From Sandaracinaceae bacterium (GTDB taxonomy: Bacteria > Myxococcota_A > Polyangia > Polyangiales > Sandaracinaceae), in assembly GCA_044220955.1 (NCBI GenBank), contig JBGAQA010000064.1, positions 1-38,582 on the forward strand: DNA of 38,582 bases, given 5' to 3'. A program made the translations under genes and the position numbers. A model generated the notes under the pieces. It saw only the letters and a program-made list of their open reading frames with translations, had not been told where the DNA came from and searched no databases. Of the stretch, positions 28,378-38,582 are shown piece by piece; position 1 is the stretch's first letter, and each line of letters begins with the position of its first letter.

Positions 28378-28569
28378 TCAGCGACCGAGCACGTCGCTCC
28401 GGCGGATCCCGCCGCCCGGCCGATCGAACCAGGAGTCGTCGAGATCGGCCTCCGGGGCGCGGACCTTCTTCGTGGGCAGCTCGGTGATGACGGGGAGGTC
28501 GAACCAGGAGTCGTCGAGCTCGTCCCGGCCGTCCCCATCGGGCCGGGGCGAGCGCTTCGGCGTGTTCAT
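28378..28569 (-). CDS. Small hypothetical protein (63 aa) with duplicated LDDSWFD motif
   Basis: ATG 28569; exact 20-nt direct repeat (28424-28443 and 28499-28518) in frame. Confidence 0.55.
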   Translation of the reverse strand: MNTPKRSPRPDGDGRDELDDSWFDLPVITELPTKKVRAPEADLDDSWFDRPGGGIRRSDVLGR

Positions 28570-28601
28570 GCCCGGATCGTTGCGACGGACGCGCGCCGCG
28601 T

Positions 28602-29441
28602 TCAGCGCCGGCGGCGAGCGACGATCACCTGCGACTCCGACCACGCATCGAGCGGCGTGCGTGCGAAGTCACCGTAGCGCGCCTCGATCGCGAAGCCGTT
28701 GTAGTGGAGCAGCGCCTCGAGCTCGGCCGGGAAGAACTGCCGGTGCGCGAGCGGGCACACGTAGACGTCGCGCGGGTCGGCGACGTCGCGGAACGCGCTC
28801 GTCACCATCTGCGTCTGCGCGATCGCGTCGTACTCGAACGCCTCCGAGTACGCCCTGCGCGCGCCGGTCGTGGGGTCCTTGATCGGACGGCTCTTGTAGA
28901 AGCGCTCCGGATCGCGGATCAGCGCCCGCAGGTCGGGCAGGAGCACGTCGAACACGAGCCGCCCGCGGGGAGCGAGGTGAGCCCGGCACGTCGCGAGCGC
29001 GCGCTCGACGTCGCGCCGCGCGTAGAGGTGCATGAAGACGTTGAAGGGCGCGATGACCAGCGGGAAGCGACGCCTCAGCCGCACCGAGCGGAGGTCGCCG
29101 AGCCGGAGCGTGACGCGCGCGCGGACCGCCCTGCTCTCCCGTCCGAGGCGCGCCTCGAGCCGCTCGAGCATCGGAGGCATGCGGTCGACGCCGACGACCT
29201 CCCGGCCGTCCTTGGCCAGCGCGATGGCCACCCGCCCGGTCCCCACCCCGAGCTCGAGGATCGACCGAGCGTCCCGCTCGCGCGCGACCTCGACGTAGAA
29301 GCGCTGATCGGCGCGCCGCGCCCTGTAGACGTGGTCGTAGTGGGCCCCGTCGACGTAGTGGCCCTCGGTGCCGGCCTCGAGCGCCGCGGGGGTCAGCTGG
29401 GTGGTTCGCGCGATCGAGCCCATCGGGGGAGACGAAGCCAT
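28602..29441 (-). CDS. Class I SAM-dependent methyltransferase
   Basis: ILELGVGTGRV, VGVD...ML, GDLR, FPLVIAPFN, HLAPRGRLVFD. Confidence 0.9.
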   Translation of the reverse strand: MASSPPMGSIARTTQLTPAALEAGTEGHYVDGAHYDHVYRARRADQRFYVEVARERDARSILELGVGTGRVAIALAKDGREVVGVDRMPPMLERLEARLGRESRAVRARVTLRLGDLRSVRLRRRFPLVIAPFNVFMHLYARRDVERALATCRAHLAPRGRLVFDVLLPDLRALIRDPERFYKSRPIKDPTTGARRAYSEAFEYDAIAQTQMVTSAFRDVADPRDVYVCPLAHRQFFPAELEALLHYNGFAIEARYGDFARTPLDAWSESQVIVARRRR

Positions 29442-29539
29442 CGGGGTGACGAAGGAGGTGTGGCACGTCGGGCTCCGATGTGCTTGAAAATGGGGATCGG
29501 CCGGGCTTCGCCCGACCTTTCTGCTTTTTGGGGTTCAAC

Positions 29540-31173
29540 ATGTCGAAGCACGGCTACGTCGGTGTCCTTCGCGCGCTCGTGGTGCTCGTCCTCGGCCTCG
29601 CGGGGCTGGCCCCGACCTCGGTCGCGCACGCGGTGCCCCTCTATCGCGGCTTCGGCGGCCCCGCGGGCTTCGGCAGCGGCATCCTCAACGGCAACGACGA
29701 CGGCTCGACGGGCGCGATCGACCTCACCGGCGCGTTCTCGGGCGGCCTGCGCTTCTACGGCGGGCCCTACACGCAGTTCTGGGTGAACAACAACGGCAAC
29801 ATCACCTTCAGCGGGCCGGTCTACGAGTTCACCCCGATGCCCTTCCCGATCGCCTCGCGCCCGATGATCGCGCCCTACTGGGGCGACGTGGACACGCGCA
29901 ACCGAACCGGCCTGGCGACGGCGGCCGAGAACCTCGTCTACTACCACCTCGAGCCCGGCCGCCTCGTCGTCACCTGGTACAACGTCGGCTACTACTCGAA
30001 CCACAACGACCTGCGGATGAGCTTCCAGCTCATCGTCACGAACGCGACCGACTGCGGCTCGGGCGACTTCGACGTCGAGTTCCGGTACGAGCGCTGCGAG
30101 TGGGTCACCGGCGACGCGAGCGGCGGGATGGACGGCCACGGTGGCACGCCCGCGCAGGCAGGCTTCGACGCCGGCAACCTTCACGACTTCACGGCGCTCC
30201 CCGGCTCGTTCACGGAGAGCATCGTGAACGTGTGTACGACCTCGAACGTCGACATGCCCGGTATCTGGGAGTTCTCGGTCCGCGCGGGCGGGGTCGTCTG
30301 CCGAGAGGACATGGCCTGCACGGTGCCGGGCGCCGTCGGCGCATGCTCGCTCGGCCGCACGCAGTGCGTGATGAACGTCGCCGAGTGCCAGGCCATCACG
30401 ACGCCCAGCGCGGAGCTCTGCGACAACGTCGACAACGACTGCAACGGCATGCCGGACGACGCGCCCGGCCTCTGCGGCTCGGGACTCTCGTGCGTGCTCG
30501 GCCAGTGCGTCGATGGCTGCTTCGAGGGCTCGTGCGCCACGGGCTTCACCTGCGACGACGCGCTCGGCGTCTGCATCGAGGACGCCTGCGTCGGCGTGCC
30601 CTGCGCGCAGAACCAGCGCTGCCAGGGCGGCATGTGCGTCGATGCGTGCGACGGCATCGTCTGTCCGCACGGCGAGCAGTGCATCTCGGGCGTGTGCGTG
30701 GATCCGTGCGAGGCGATCACGTGTGACACCGACCGCATCTGCCGCGGGGGCATCTGCGTGCTCCGGTGCCCCTGCTCGCCCTGCCCGGTCGGCGAGACCT
30801 GCCTCGCGGACGGGACGTGCCTCGCGCGCGGCTGCGACATCGTCCTCTGCGAGGCGGGTCAGTACTGCCAGAACGCCACCTGCCACGACGCTTGCGAGGG
30901 GGTCGTCTGCCCGCACGGCCAGGCCTGCGAGCTCGGGCACTGCACGATCCCGACCCCGCGCGACGCCGGCCCGATCAGCCCCGACGCCGGTACCGACGCC
31001 GGCATGATCGCGGCCCCCGACGCCGGCATGGACGCCTCGCACGGGCCGCCCAACCCGGGCGACGCCCCGCGCGACTGCGGCTGCCGCGTGGGCGCGCGCT
31101 CCGACTTCCCGTGGTCGTTCGCGGTCGGCGCGCTCGGTCTCGCGCTCGTGCTCGCGCGCCGTCGGGTGTCCCG

Positions 31174-31177
<4 letters not shown>
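29540..31177 (+). CDS. Cell-surface protein: nidogen (NIDO)-like domain, Cys-rich repeats, MYXO-CTERM sorting signal
   Basis: Signal peptide AHA; NDDGS, WVNNNGNITF, IAPYWGDVD, VTWYNVGYY, FQL, AQAGFDAG; ELCDNVDNDCNG; C-terminal GCRVG-TM-RRR. Confidence 0.88.
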
Positions 31178-31913
<736 letters not shown>

Positions 31914-31917
<4 letters not shown>

Positions 31918-33818
31918 TCGCGACGACCCGCGCGAAAGAACGAGGCCTCGACGTGAACCGACGACACGCTTTCTTCGCCTGCGCGACGCTCGCCACCCTG
32001 GCGACGCTCGGCGGCTGCACGGTCCGCGGCACGCCTCCGGGCGAGGCCGACGCGTTCATCCCCTTCCAGGACACGGGCACGGGCCCGCGCCCCGACACGA
32101 ACAGCCCGTGTCCCGTCGGTCAGATCGACTGCTTCGGAACGTGTACGAGCGTCGTCGCCGACTCGCGGAACTGCGGTAGCTGCGGCAACGCATGTCCGTC
32201 CGGGACGAGCTGCGCCATCGGCCGCTGCGACTGCATGGCGCCGATGCTCGGCTGCGACGGCATCTGCCTCGATCCCAGCGGCGATCGGATGCACTGCGGG
32301 ACGTGTGACAACGTCTGCGGCTCGACCGAGGAGTGCGTGGCCGGCCGCTGCGTCGTGCAGTGCACCTCGGGCGCGATGCCGGGCCTCTGCAGCGTCGGCG
32401 GCGTCCCGACGTGCGTCGATCGCGCGATCGACCGATTCAACTGCGGCACCTGCGGGACGCAGTGCACGGGCGACGCGGAGTGCCTCAACGGTGTCTGCAC
32501 GTGCCTCGGCGGCGGCACCTCCTGCGGCGGTCACTGCGTGGACACCAACACCGACCCGATGAACTGCGGCGCCTGCATCTCGAGCTGCGGCGCCGGCGGC
32601 ACCTGCGCGGGCGGCCGCTGCACCGCCTGCGGGACCGACCTGACGCTCTGCGGGACGACGCCGCGCTGCGTGAACACCGACACGAGCACGCTCCACTGCG
32701 GTCGGTGCGGCCACGCCTGCGAGGCTGGCCAGGCCTGCATGGGCGGCGCGTGTCAGTGCACGGGCTCGCTCGTCGACTGCGGCACCGGCTGCATCGACCT
32801 CATGAGCACCGTCGAGCACTGCGGCACCTGCTCCGTCAACTGCGGTCCCGGCGGCGCATGCAACGCCGGCGCGTGCACGTGCGCGGTCGGCCTGATGATG
32901 TGCAGCGGCTCGTGCGTCGACCTCATGCGGAGCCACGACCACTGCGGCTCGTGCCCGGTGGCGTGCGGCGCGGGCCAGGCGTGTCACGCGGGCGTCTGCG
33001 AGGCCGTGGACTCGTTCCGGGTGCTCACGCTCGACGCGACGGGCTGCAACGTGCTCGATCACATCTCGCGGTCCGGCGACGACCGCGGCGGCGTCGGAGT
33101 GACGCCGAGCACGTTCCTCGTCACCGGCGACACGTCCACGGTCCGCATGAGCGCGACCGACCTCACCGGCATCACGGCCGTGGGCGCGATCCAGGACGGG
33201 CTCGTGAGCAACATCGACACCGAGCAGGTGTTCGTGCTGCTCAGCGCGACCAACGCCCAGCCGACCTCGAGCCTGAGCAGCACGACGCCCCTGAGCATCA
33301 CGCAGCTCGGAGAGCTCGATCCGGCGACGGGCGTCCTCACCGCGACACGCATCCCGCTCTCGATGCCGATCCCCGTGAAGTACGGCACCGCGGTCATGTC
33401 GGGCTACGGCGAGGCGCTCATCGGCGTTCCCATGTCGCCGAACATCCAGTGGTACCAGATCGACCTCACCAGCGGTGTGGTGACGCAGCTCGGTCTCACG
33501 CAGAACCCCACCCATCGCTCCTGCGAGAACTGGGGCTGGTGGGGCATCGCCGAGCGCTACTCCGGCTCGCACTACGCCGTCTACGTCGAGAGCACGACGC
33601 GCATCGCGCGGCTCTCGATCCCGGACACGGGCACCACGAGCGTCGCGACCGCGACGGTGAGCACGTTCACCGACCTCGGCGACATGTGCTCCATCACGTT
33701 CTCCACGTCGCGGAACCGCTGGTACTTCCACCACGAGTACACGTCCCAGTTCACGCCAGCGACGCCCACCTTCTCCGAGACGGCGGGCTACTGCGGGGCG
33801 ACCTGGGATCGCCCGTAG
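31914..33818 (+). CDS. Cys-rich lipoprotein with tandem D..[NH]CG.C...C (MXAN_6577/STIG1-like) repeats and a C-terminal beta-rich domain
   Basis: ATGA overlap (alternative GTG 31953); lipobox LGGC; seven [NH]CGxC repeats, then a Cys-poor ~270-aa domain. Confidence 0.85.
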
Positions 33819-33821
33819 CTC

Positions 33822-34391
33822 CTACAGGTCGGTTCCCCGGAGGATGTCGGGCGTGTCCGTGAGGACGCGCCCGTTCTCCATGCGCTCGACCCGGAAGAGA
33901 GTCCCCTCGGGCCGCACGACCCAGCTGACCTCGCGCTGGTACGGGTGGTTCATGAAGTCGTAGGACGCGACGCCGTGGAGGTAGAGGCCTCCGTGGTCGT
34001 CGAGGTTCTCCGAGCCGCGGAAGGTCACCTCGAGCGGGGCGCTCGAGAGGCGCTCCCAGACCTCGCGCGCCATCACGCGGTCGTCGTGCTCGACGCCCTG
34101 GTCCATCGCCTGCTTCGCGAGGGCGCGCTCGTGGGCCTCGCCGATCGAGATGGAGGCGGCCTGGTCCCATGCGCGGCGGCGCCACGCGTCGAGGTACGAC
34201 TGCGCGACGCGCTCGGGGGTGCGGTCGTCGATCACGAGCGCGGCGTACTCTTGCCGCTGCGCTTCGTCCTCGGCGATCTCGGTCGGGATGTCGATCGCGT
34301 AGAGCGCGGCGATCCCGATCGCGACCATGCCGCTCGAGGCGGCGAGCACGAGGGGCGTGGACAGGCGCTTGGGTGCGGGTCTCTTGGCCAT
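33822..34391 (-). CDS. Membrane-anchored hypothetical protein, possibly NTF2-like
   Basis: N-terminal hydrophobic segment; TPERVAQSYLDAW...WDQAA resembles NTF2-like/MecA_N helices; TGATG overlap with the HAD gene. Confidence 0.7.
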   Translation of the reverse strand: MAKRPAPKRLSTPLVLAASSGMVAIGIAALYAIDIPTEIAEDEAQRQEYAALVIDDRTPERVAQSYLDAWRRRAWDQAASISIGEAHERALAKQAMDQGVEHDDRVMAREVWERLSSAPLEVTFRGSENLDDHGGLYLHGVASYDFMNHPYQREVSWVVRPEGTLFRVERMENGRVLTDTPDILRGTDL

Positions 34392-35167
34392 CAGCGGGTG
34401 CCGGCGAGGAGGTGTCCTACCACCTCGGCGAAGCCGCGGCCGCGGTCGGAGGGCGTGACGAAGCCCGGGGGTACGGGCAGCCGAGCGAGGTGCGCGGCGA
34501 CGTTGGAGACCCCGACGGTCCGCGCGAAGAACGCGAACGCCGCCGCGTCGTTGCCGGAGTCGCCCACGAACACGAAGCGCGCGCGCAGCCGCTCGGCGTC
34601 GATCCCGAGCGCCGCCGCCGCCCGCACCACCCCGGACGCCTTGTCCCAGTCGCCCGGGATCGCGTGGGCGTGCACGCTCGAGACGAGCGAGCGGGCCCCC
34701 TCGGCCTCGATGATCTCGACCAGCGCGGCGATCGTCACCGGGTCGAGCTTCGCCCGCTCGCCCACGTCGAACGCGAGGTCCGCGCGGCGTGCCGGCTGGT
34801 CGGTCGCGAGCGACACCTCCGGGAGCGAAGACCGGACGCGCGTGAGGACACACTCGAGCAGCGCGGCCTGGGCGACGCGCGCCGCCGGCGGATCGAAGCT
34901 CCCGGTCTCGATCGTCGGGCCCCGCCGCAGCGCCCAGCCGGCGCCGTTCTCGCCGACGGCCGCGGCCACCGGCCAGGTCGACGCGAGCGCGTCGCTCCAG
35001 CCGAGCGGACGCCCCGTCACGGCGATCGCAGCGAGGCCGCGCTCGCGCAGCGCCCACAGCGCCTCGAACGCCTCCCGCTCGAGCACGCCAGCCCGCGTGA
35101 CCGTGTCGTCGACGTCGAAGACGACGCCGTCCACGTGCTGCGCGTCGAGCTCGACGAGTGGTCTCAC
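34391..35167 (-). CDS. HAD-superfamily hydrolase (subclass IIB-like)
   Basis: FDVDDT, VTGR, ENG, DKASG, FVGDSGND. Confidence 0.88.
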   Translation of the reverse strand: MRPLVELDAQHVDGVVFDVDDTVTRAGVLEREAFEALWALRERGLAAIAVTGRPLGWSDALASTWPVAAAVGENGAGWALRRGPTIETGSFDPPAARVAQAALLECVLTRVRSSLPEVSLATDQPARRADLAFDVGERAKLDPVTIAALVEIIEAEGARSLVSSVHAHAIPGDWDKASGVVRAAAALGIDAERLRARFVFVGDSGNDAAAFAFFARTVGVSNVAAHLARLPVPPGFVTPSDRGRGFAEVVGHLLAGTR

Positions 35168-35177
35168 GGCGCCTCCC

Positions 35178-36365
35178 TCACGGGACCACCCGGAACAGAC
35201 ACGCCTTGAGGTAGCGCGCCTCCGGGAACGCGGCCGGGGACGGGTGATCGACGCCCTGCTCCCCGGTCCGCACCAGCACGAGATCGCGGCTCGCGTCGCG
35301 CGCGCCCATCACCGCCGTGCGCTTGAAGTCGGCGAGCTCCATCGCGCCCGAGCACGAGCAGCTGAGCAGGTAGCCGCCCGGCGCCACGAGCCGCGCCGCG
35401 TCGGCGTTGAGCTTGCGGTAGAGCATGCGGGCCTTGTCGAGCGACTTCGCGGTCGGCGCGAGCTTCGGCGGGTCGAGGATCACGAGGTCGAACGTCTCGT
35501 GCTTGCGGTGGAGGCGCTCCATCTCGTCCTTGGCGTCGGCGCGCTCGAACGACACCCGTGACGCGAACCCGTGGCGGTGCGCGAGCCGCGCGCCGACCGT
35601 GATCGCGGGCACGGCGCTGTCGACGGCGACGACCGCCTGCGCGCCGCCGCGCGCCGCGAAGAGCGCGAACGCCCCGACGAACGTGTAGAGGTCGAGCACG
35701 CGCATCCCCGACGCGATGGACTCGACCAGCGCACGGTTGTCGCGCTGATCGAAGTAGAAGCCCGTCTTCTGGGTGATCGCACCCGGGACCTCGAACGAGA
35801 GCCCGCGCTCGAGCAGCTCGAGGCTGGCCTTCTCGCGACCGCGCACCACCCGCGTCTCGGCGACGAAGCCCTCGATGGCGGCGGTCTTCTCGCTCGCGAC
35901 CTCGATGATCGTCTCCACCTCGGCGATGCGCGCCACGTGACCGAAGACCTCGTCCTCGCGTCGCTTCATTCCGATGCTGAGCAGCTGCACGACCGCCGTG
36001 TCGCCCAGCACGTCGACCACGAGGCCGGGAAGGCCGTCGCCCTCGGCGTGCACGAGGCGGTAGCCGGTGGTGTCCACCGAGGGCAGCCCGAAGCGCCGCC
36101 GCAGCGCCTTCGCGGCCTCGATCTTGCGGCCGATCGAGGACCCGTCGAGCGGGTCGTTCTTGTCGCGCGTCGCGATCCGGACGGGGATCGCCGATCGGGG
36201 CGACCAGTAGCCGCGCCCGTGGTGCCGCCCCTCGGGGTCCAGGACGTCGACGACGTCTCCGGGGGCAGGCGCGCCCTCGACCCGCTCGATCGCCTGCGCG
36301 TACACCCAGGGGTGCCCGGCCCAGACGGGCTGGACACGGCCTCGCGCGAGGTGGACCGTCGGCAT
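35178..36365 (-). CDS. rlmI: RlmI/RlmK-like class I SAM rRNA methyltransferase with PUA domain
   Basis: GHPWVY, YRLVHAEGDGLPGLVVD, QKTGFYFDQRDNR, VLDLYTFVGAF, LVILDPPK, SCS, DHP...PEARYLK. Confidence 0.85.
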   Translation of the reverse strand: MPTVHLARGRVQPVWAGHPWVYAQAIERVEGAPAPGDVVDVLDPEGRHHGRGYWSPRSAIPVRIATRDKNDPLDGSSIGRKIEAAKALRRRFGLPSVDTTGYRLVHAEGDGLPGLVVDVLGDTAVVQLLSIGMKRREDEVFGHVARIAEVETIIEVASEKTAAIEGFVAETRVVRGREKASLELLERGLSFEVPGAITQKTGFYFDQRDNRALVESIASGMRVLDLYTFVGAFALFAARGGAQAVVAVDSAVPAITVGARLAHRHGFASRVSFERADAKDEMERLHRKHETFDLVILDPPKLAPTAKSLDKARMLYRKLNADAARLVAPGGYLLSCSCSGAMELADFKRTAVMGARDASRDLVLVRTGEQGVDHPSPAAFPEARYLKACLFRVVP

Positions 36366-36467
36366 GCCCGCGCTGTTTACGCGATCTTCCGCGAATTCGC
36401 TCGCTTGCGGGGGCGAATACGCGCCGCTAAGGTTGAGTCGTACGGTCTCGAGACCGGAGGAGCGCGT

Positions 36468-36701
36468 ATGGGTAGCCTCGGAATGGGTGAGCTGGTCGTC
36501 ATTCTGCTCATCGTGCTGCTCGTCTTCGGGGCGAGCCGGCTGCCGCAGCTCGGCGAGAGCCTCGGCAAGGCCGTCAAGGGCCTCAAGCGTGGCCTGAACA
36601 GCGACGACGACATCGAGGTGACCAAGCGCGTCCCCGAGAAGTCGAGCGCCGACACGACGACCGCGAGCGTCAGCGAGGCCGAGGTCGTCCGCAAGGGCTG
36701 A
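36468..36701 (+). CDS. tatA: Twin-arginine translocase TatA/E subunit
   Basis: GGAGGAG RBS; MGSLGMGELVVILLIVLLVFGASRLPQLGESLGKAVKGLK. Confidence 0.93.
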   Translation: MGSLGMGELVVILLIVLLVFGASRLPQLGESLGKAVKGLKRGLNSDDDIEVTKRVPEKSSADTTTASVSEAEVVRKG

Positions 36702-36722
36702 GGCCGCCGCGGGCGCACTCGC

Positions 36723-37058
36723 TCAGACGTAGTCGCCGCTGACGCGGACCATCACGCTGCGCGTGTTCGTGCGCGCGAGCCAGAGCTCGACGGTCTCGGC
36801 GTGGCAGTGCGCGTGCCAGACGAGCAGCTTCGCGACGACGCGCGTCAGGTCGGTCTCGTCGAGCGAGGGCGCGCGGTCGAAGAGGCGCACGCCCCACTGA
36901 TCCGTCTTCTCGAAGATCTCCGCGTGCGCGACGACCTGCTTCGATATCGGGTCGATCACGTCCCAGAACTGCTTGGCCTTGGCGCTGACGGCGTCGCGCG
37001 CCATCGGCGCCGTGACCTGCCGGTACTCGAGACGGTCGATCTCGATCGGGTCGCTCAT
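36723..37058 (-). CDS. Hypothetical protein (111 aa) translationally coupled to prkA
   Basis: ATGA overlap with the prkA stop, AGGAG upstream, GC3-biased codons. Confidence 0.75.
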   Translation of the reverse strand: MSDPIEIDRLEYRQVTAPMARDAVSAKAKQFWDVIDPISKQVVAHAEIFEKTDQWGVRLFDRAPSLDETDLTRVVAKLLVWHAHCHAETVELWLARTNTRSVMVRVSGDYV

Positions 37059-38582
37059 ACGTAGCGTCGGCGCAGGAGCTCACCGAGCGAGTCCGCGAGC
37101 GCGCGCTCCTGGTAGCCGTGCCGCTCGATCATGCGGCGCAGCGTGTCCTCTGCCCGCCTCACGCGATCCGCGGGGACGTTCTTGACGTTCTTGGCGAGGA
37201 AGGCGAGCGCGTCCTCGACGATCTCGGCGATCTGCTTCTTGCGCTTCTGGAACGTCGCCTCCCGCACCTGCGCGAGCAGGCGCGGGAACACGCGCGGGAA
37301 GCTCGGTTTCTCGCCGGGGTGATCGATGGCGTGCGCGGCCACGGCGCTCATGATGTCGCGGCGGAACGCCTCCTGGCCCTTGGTGACGCCGAGCATCTGC
37401 TCGACGTTGTCCATGAGCTTCTGGTCGGGCTCCTCGTCCTTGCCGGTCATCGCGTTGTAGATGCGCTCGCGCTTGAGCGAGTACGAGACGTGCGTGACGT
37501 AGCGGTCGAAGAGCTCGACGTACTGCGCCTCGTCGACCAGGCCGGTCGCGGTGCGGACCTCCTCGTCGACGCGGTCCAGCCAGCGCGTGCGCACGACGTC
37601 GATGAAGCCGCGGTGATCGTGGTAGCCGCCCTCGACGGGCTCTTTGAGGAAGTCGAAGTCGTCCGAGTCGCAGAGCTCGCGGATCTTCTCGAGCACCGAG
37701 AGCGGCGAGAGACCGCCGTGCTCGGCGTCCTGCGCCGCGTCGAGCAGGAGCGTGCGGATCTCGCGCGGTGAGGCGCCCGTCGAGCCCTCGTAGAGCGCCC
37801 AGCCGTCGGACTCGTGTCGCAGCTCGGCCCAGCCGGCGCGCAGCTCGGCGATCTCGTCGTTCGAGAACCGGTTCGGGATGGTCAGGGAGTCGTAGTAGTC
37901 GGCCTTCTCGATCGGCGTGAGCTGCACGGCCAGGTGGCCGAGCTTCTTGTTCGCGTAGCTGTCGAGCACGGGACGGCGCAAGCGGGTCAGCACCGCCCAG
38001 AGCGCGGCGACGTACGTCGCGTGCGGCGCGACGAGGCCGCGCACCTGAGGGACGATCTGGCCGTCGTAGATGGAGCGCTCCGCCGAGTGCTCGAGCAGAT
38101 AGGGGACCTTGATCAGCGAGAGGCGCCCGCGGAACGAGCGGTACTCGTGGTGCTCGCGGAACGCCTTGAGGTGCACGTCGTTACTCGTCGCGACGAGCAC
38201 CGTGTTGAGCGGCATCACGCTCTGGCCGAGCGAGATCTCGCCCTCCTCGATGGCGAGCAAGAGGTAGCGCCACGCGTCGAGCGGCCGCTTCAGCAGGTCC
38301 GAGAACTCCAGGATCCCGGAGCTGGCGTCGACGAGGTCGCCGTGCGTCTCGTAGAGCGCGAGCGACTGCAGCGACGCGGGCAGCGAGCCGAGCGATCGAT
38401 CGACCGTGATCTGCCGCTCCTGCGCGTCCACGGCCATCTGCGGCCCGACGGTGACCGCACCCTGCCGGTAGCGCTGCGAGACGTAGAAGCGCTCGACGCG
38501 GACGTGGGCGAGCACCTTCGCCAGGTCGCCGCGGTAGGCGGTGAGCAGCGCCTCGAAGATCTGACGGTTCTTCGCGCCGAGC
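37055..38582 (-). CDS. prkA: PrkA/YeaG-family AAA+ serine kinase-like protein (5' end outside window)
   Basis: GILEFSDLLKRP, VLVATSN, IKVPYLL, APHATYVAALWAVLTRL, EGSTGASPR, LFDRYV, HGY; frame open to the window edge. Confidence 0.85.
   Translation of the reverse strand, partial: LGAKNRQIFEALLTAYRGDLAKVLAHVRVERFYVSQRYRQGAVTVGPQMAVDAQERQITVDRSLGSLPASLQSLALYETHGDLVDASSGILEFSDLLKRPLDAWRYLLLAIEEGEISLGQSVMPLNTVLVATSNDVHLKAFREHHEYRSFRGRLSLIKVPYLLEHSAERSIYDGQIVPQVRGLVAPHATYVAALWAVLTRLRRPVLDSYANKKLGHLAVQLTPIEKADYYDSLTIPNRFSNDEIAELRAGWAELRHESDGWALYEGSTGASPREIRTLLLDAAQDAEHGGLSPLSVLEKIRELCDSDDFDFLKEPVEGGYHDHRGFIDVVRTRWLDRVDEEVRTATGLVDEAQYVELFDRYVTHVSYSLKRERIYNAMTGKDEEPDQKLMDNVEQMLGVTKGQEAFRRDIMSAVAAHAIDHPGEKPSFPRVFPRLLAQVREATFQKRKKQIAEIVEDALAFLAKNVKNVPADRVRRAEDTLRRMIERHGYQERALADSLGELLRRRYV

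Noticed and set aside
29461..29478. TGGCACG as a sigma-54 -24 element upstream of the NIDO operon (also TGGCGCG at 7033)
   Set aside because: No GC at the required 10-nt spacing.
32100..33000. Recurring ACTGCGG motifs as a possible CRISPR or DNA repeat array
   Set aside because: They are codons of the [NH]CG protein repeats inside a CDS; there is no constant-length repeat-spacer structure.

Overview
Very GC-rich bacterial chromosomal window that looks myxobacterial (Polyangia/Sandaracinaceae-like; inferred from a MYXO-CTERM protein, Cys-rich lipoproteins, a Hanks kinase with PP2C, and codon style). About 40 CDS are supported. They include an S9 peptidase, a YkuD_2 L,D-transpeptidase, a triad-less ketosynthase, a class V PLP enzyme, serA, a ceramidase-like lipoprotein, PP2C/HEAT/kinase genes, the rpsP-khpA-rimM-trmD-(SPOUT MTase)-rplS cluster interrupted by bcp, a sulfotransferase, a KamA radical SAM, a three-gene Cys-rich surface operon, rlmI-like, tatA and a partial PrkA/YeaG. 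The standout is a tightly coupled 7-gene sulfur-carrier operon (16081-20253): CymR-like Rrf2, degenerate CysK-like, N-terminally truncated MoeB/ThiF, CysO/MoaD-like Ubl ending GG-R, a small degenerate ThiF-like protein, intact CysM-like synthase and a JAMM protease. The two ThiF-like ORFs look complementary: one has the ATP/Zn/Cys machinery, the other only the N-terminal Arg-finger segment and a dimer helix. This suggests a heterodimeric bacterial E1 analogous to eukaryotic NAE1-UBA3/SAE1-SAE2. No rRNA, tRNA, CRISPR array or mobile element was recognised. All calls come from motif recognition by eye; no database searches were run.
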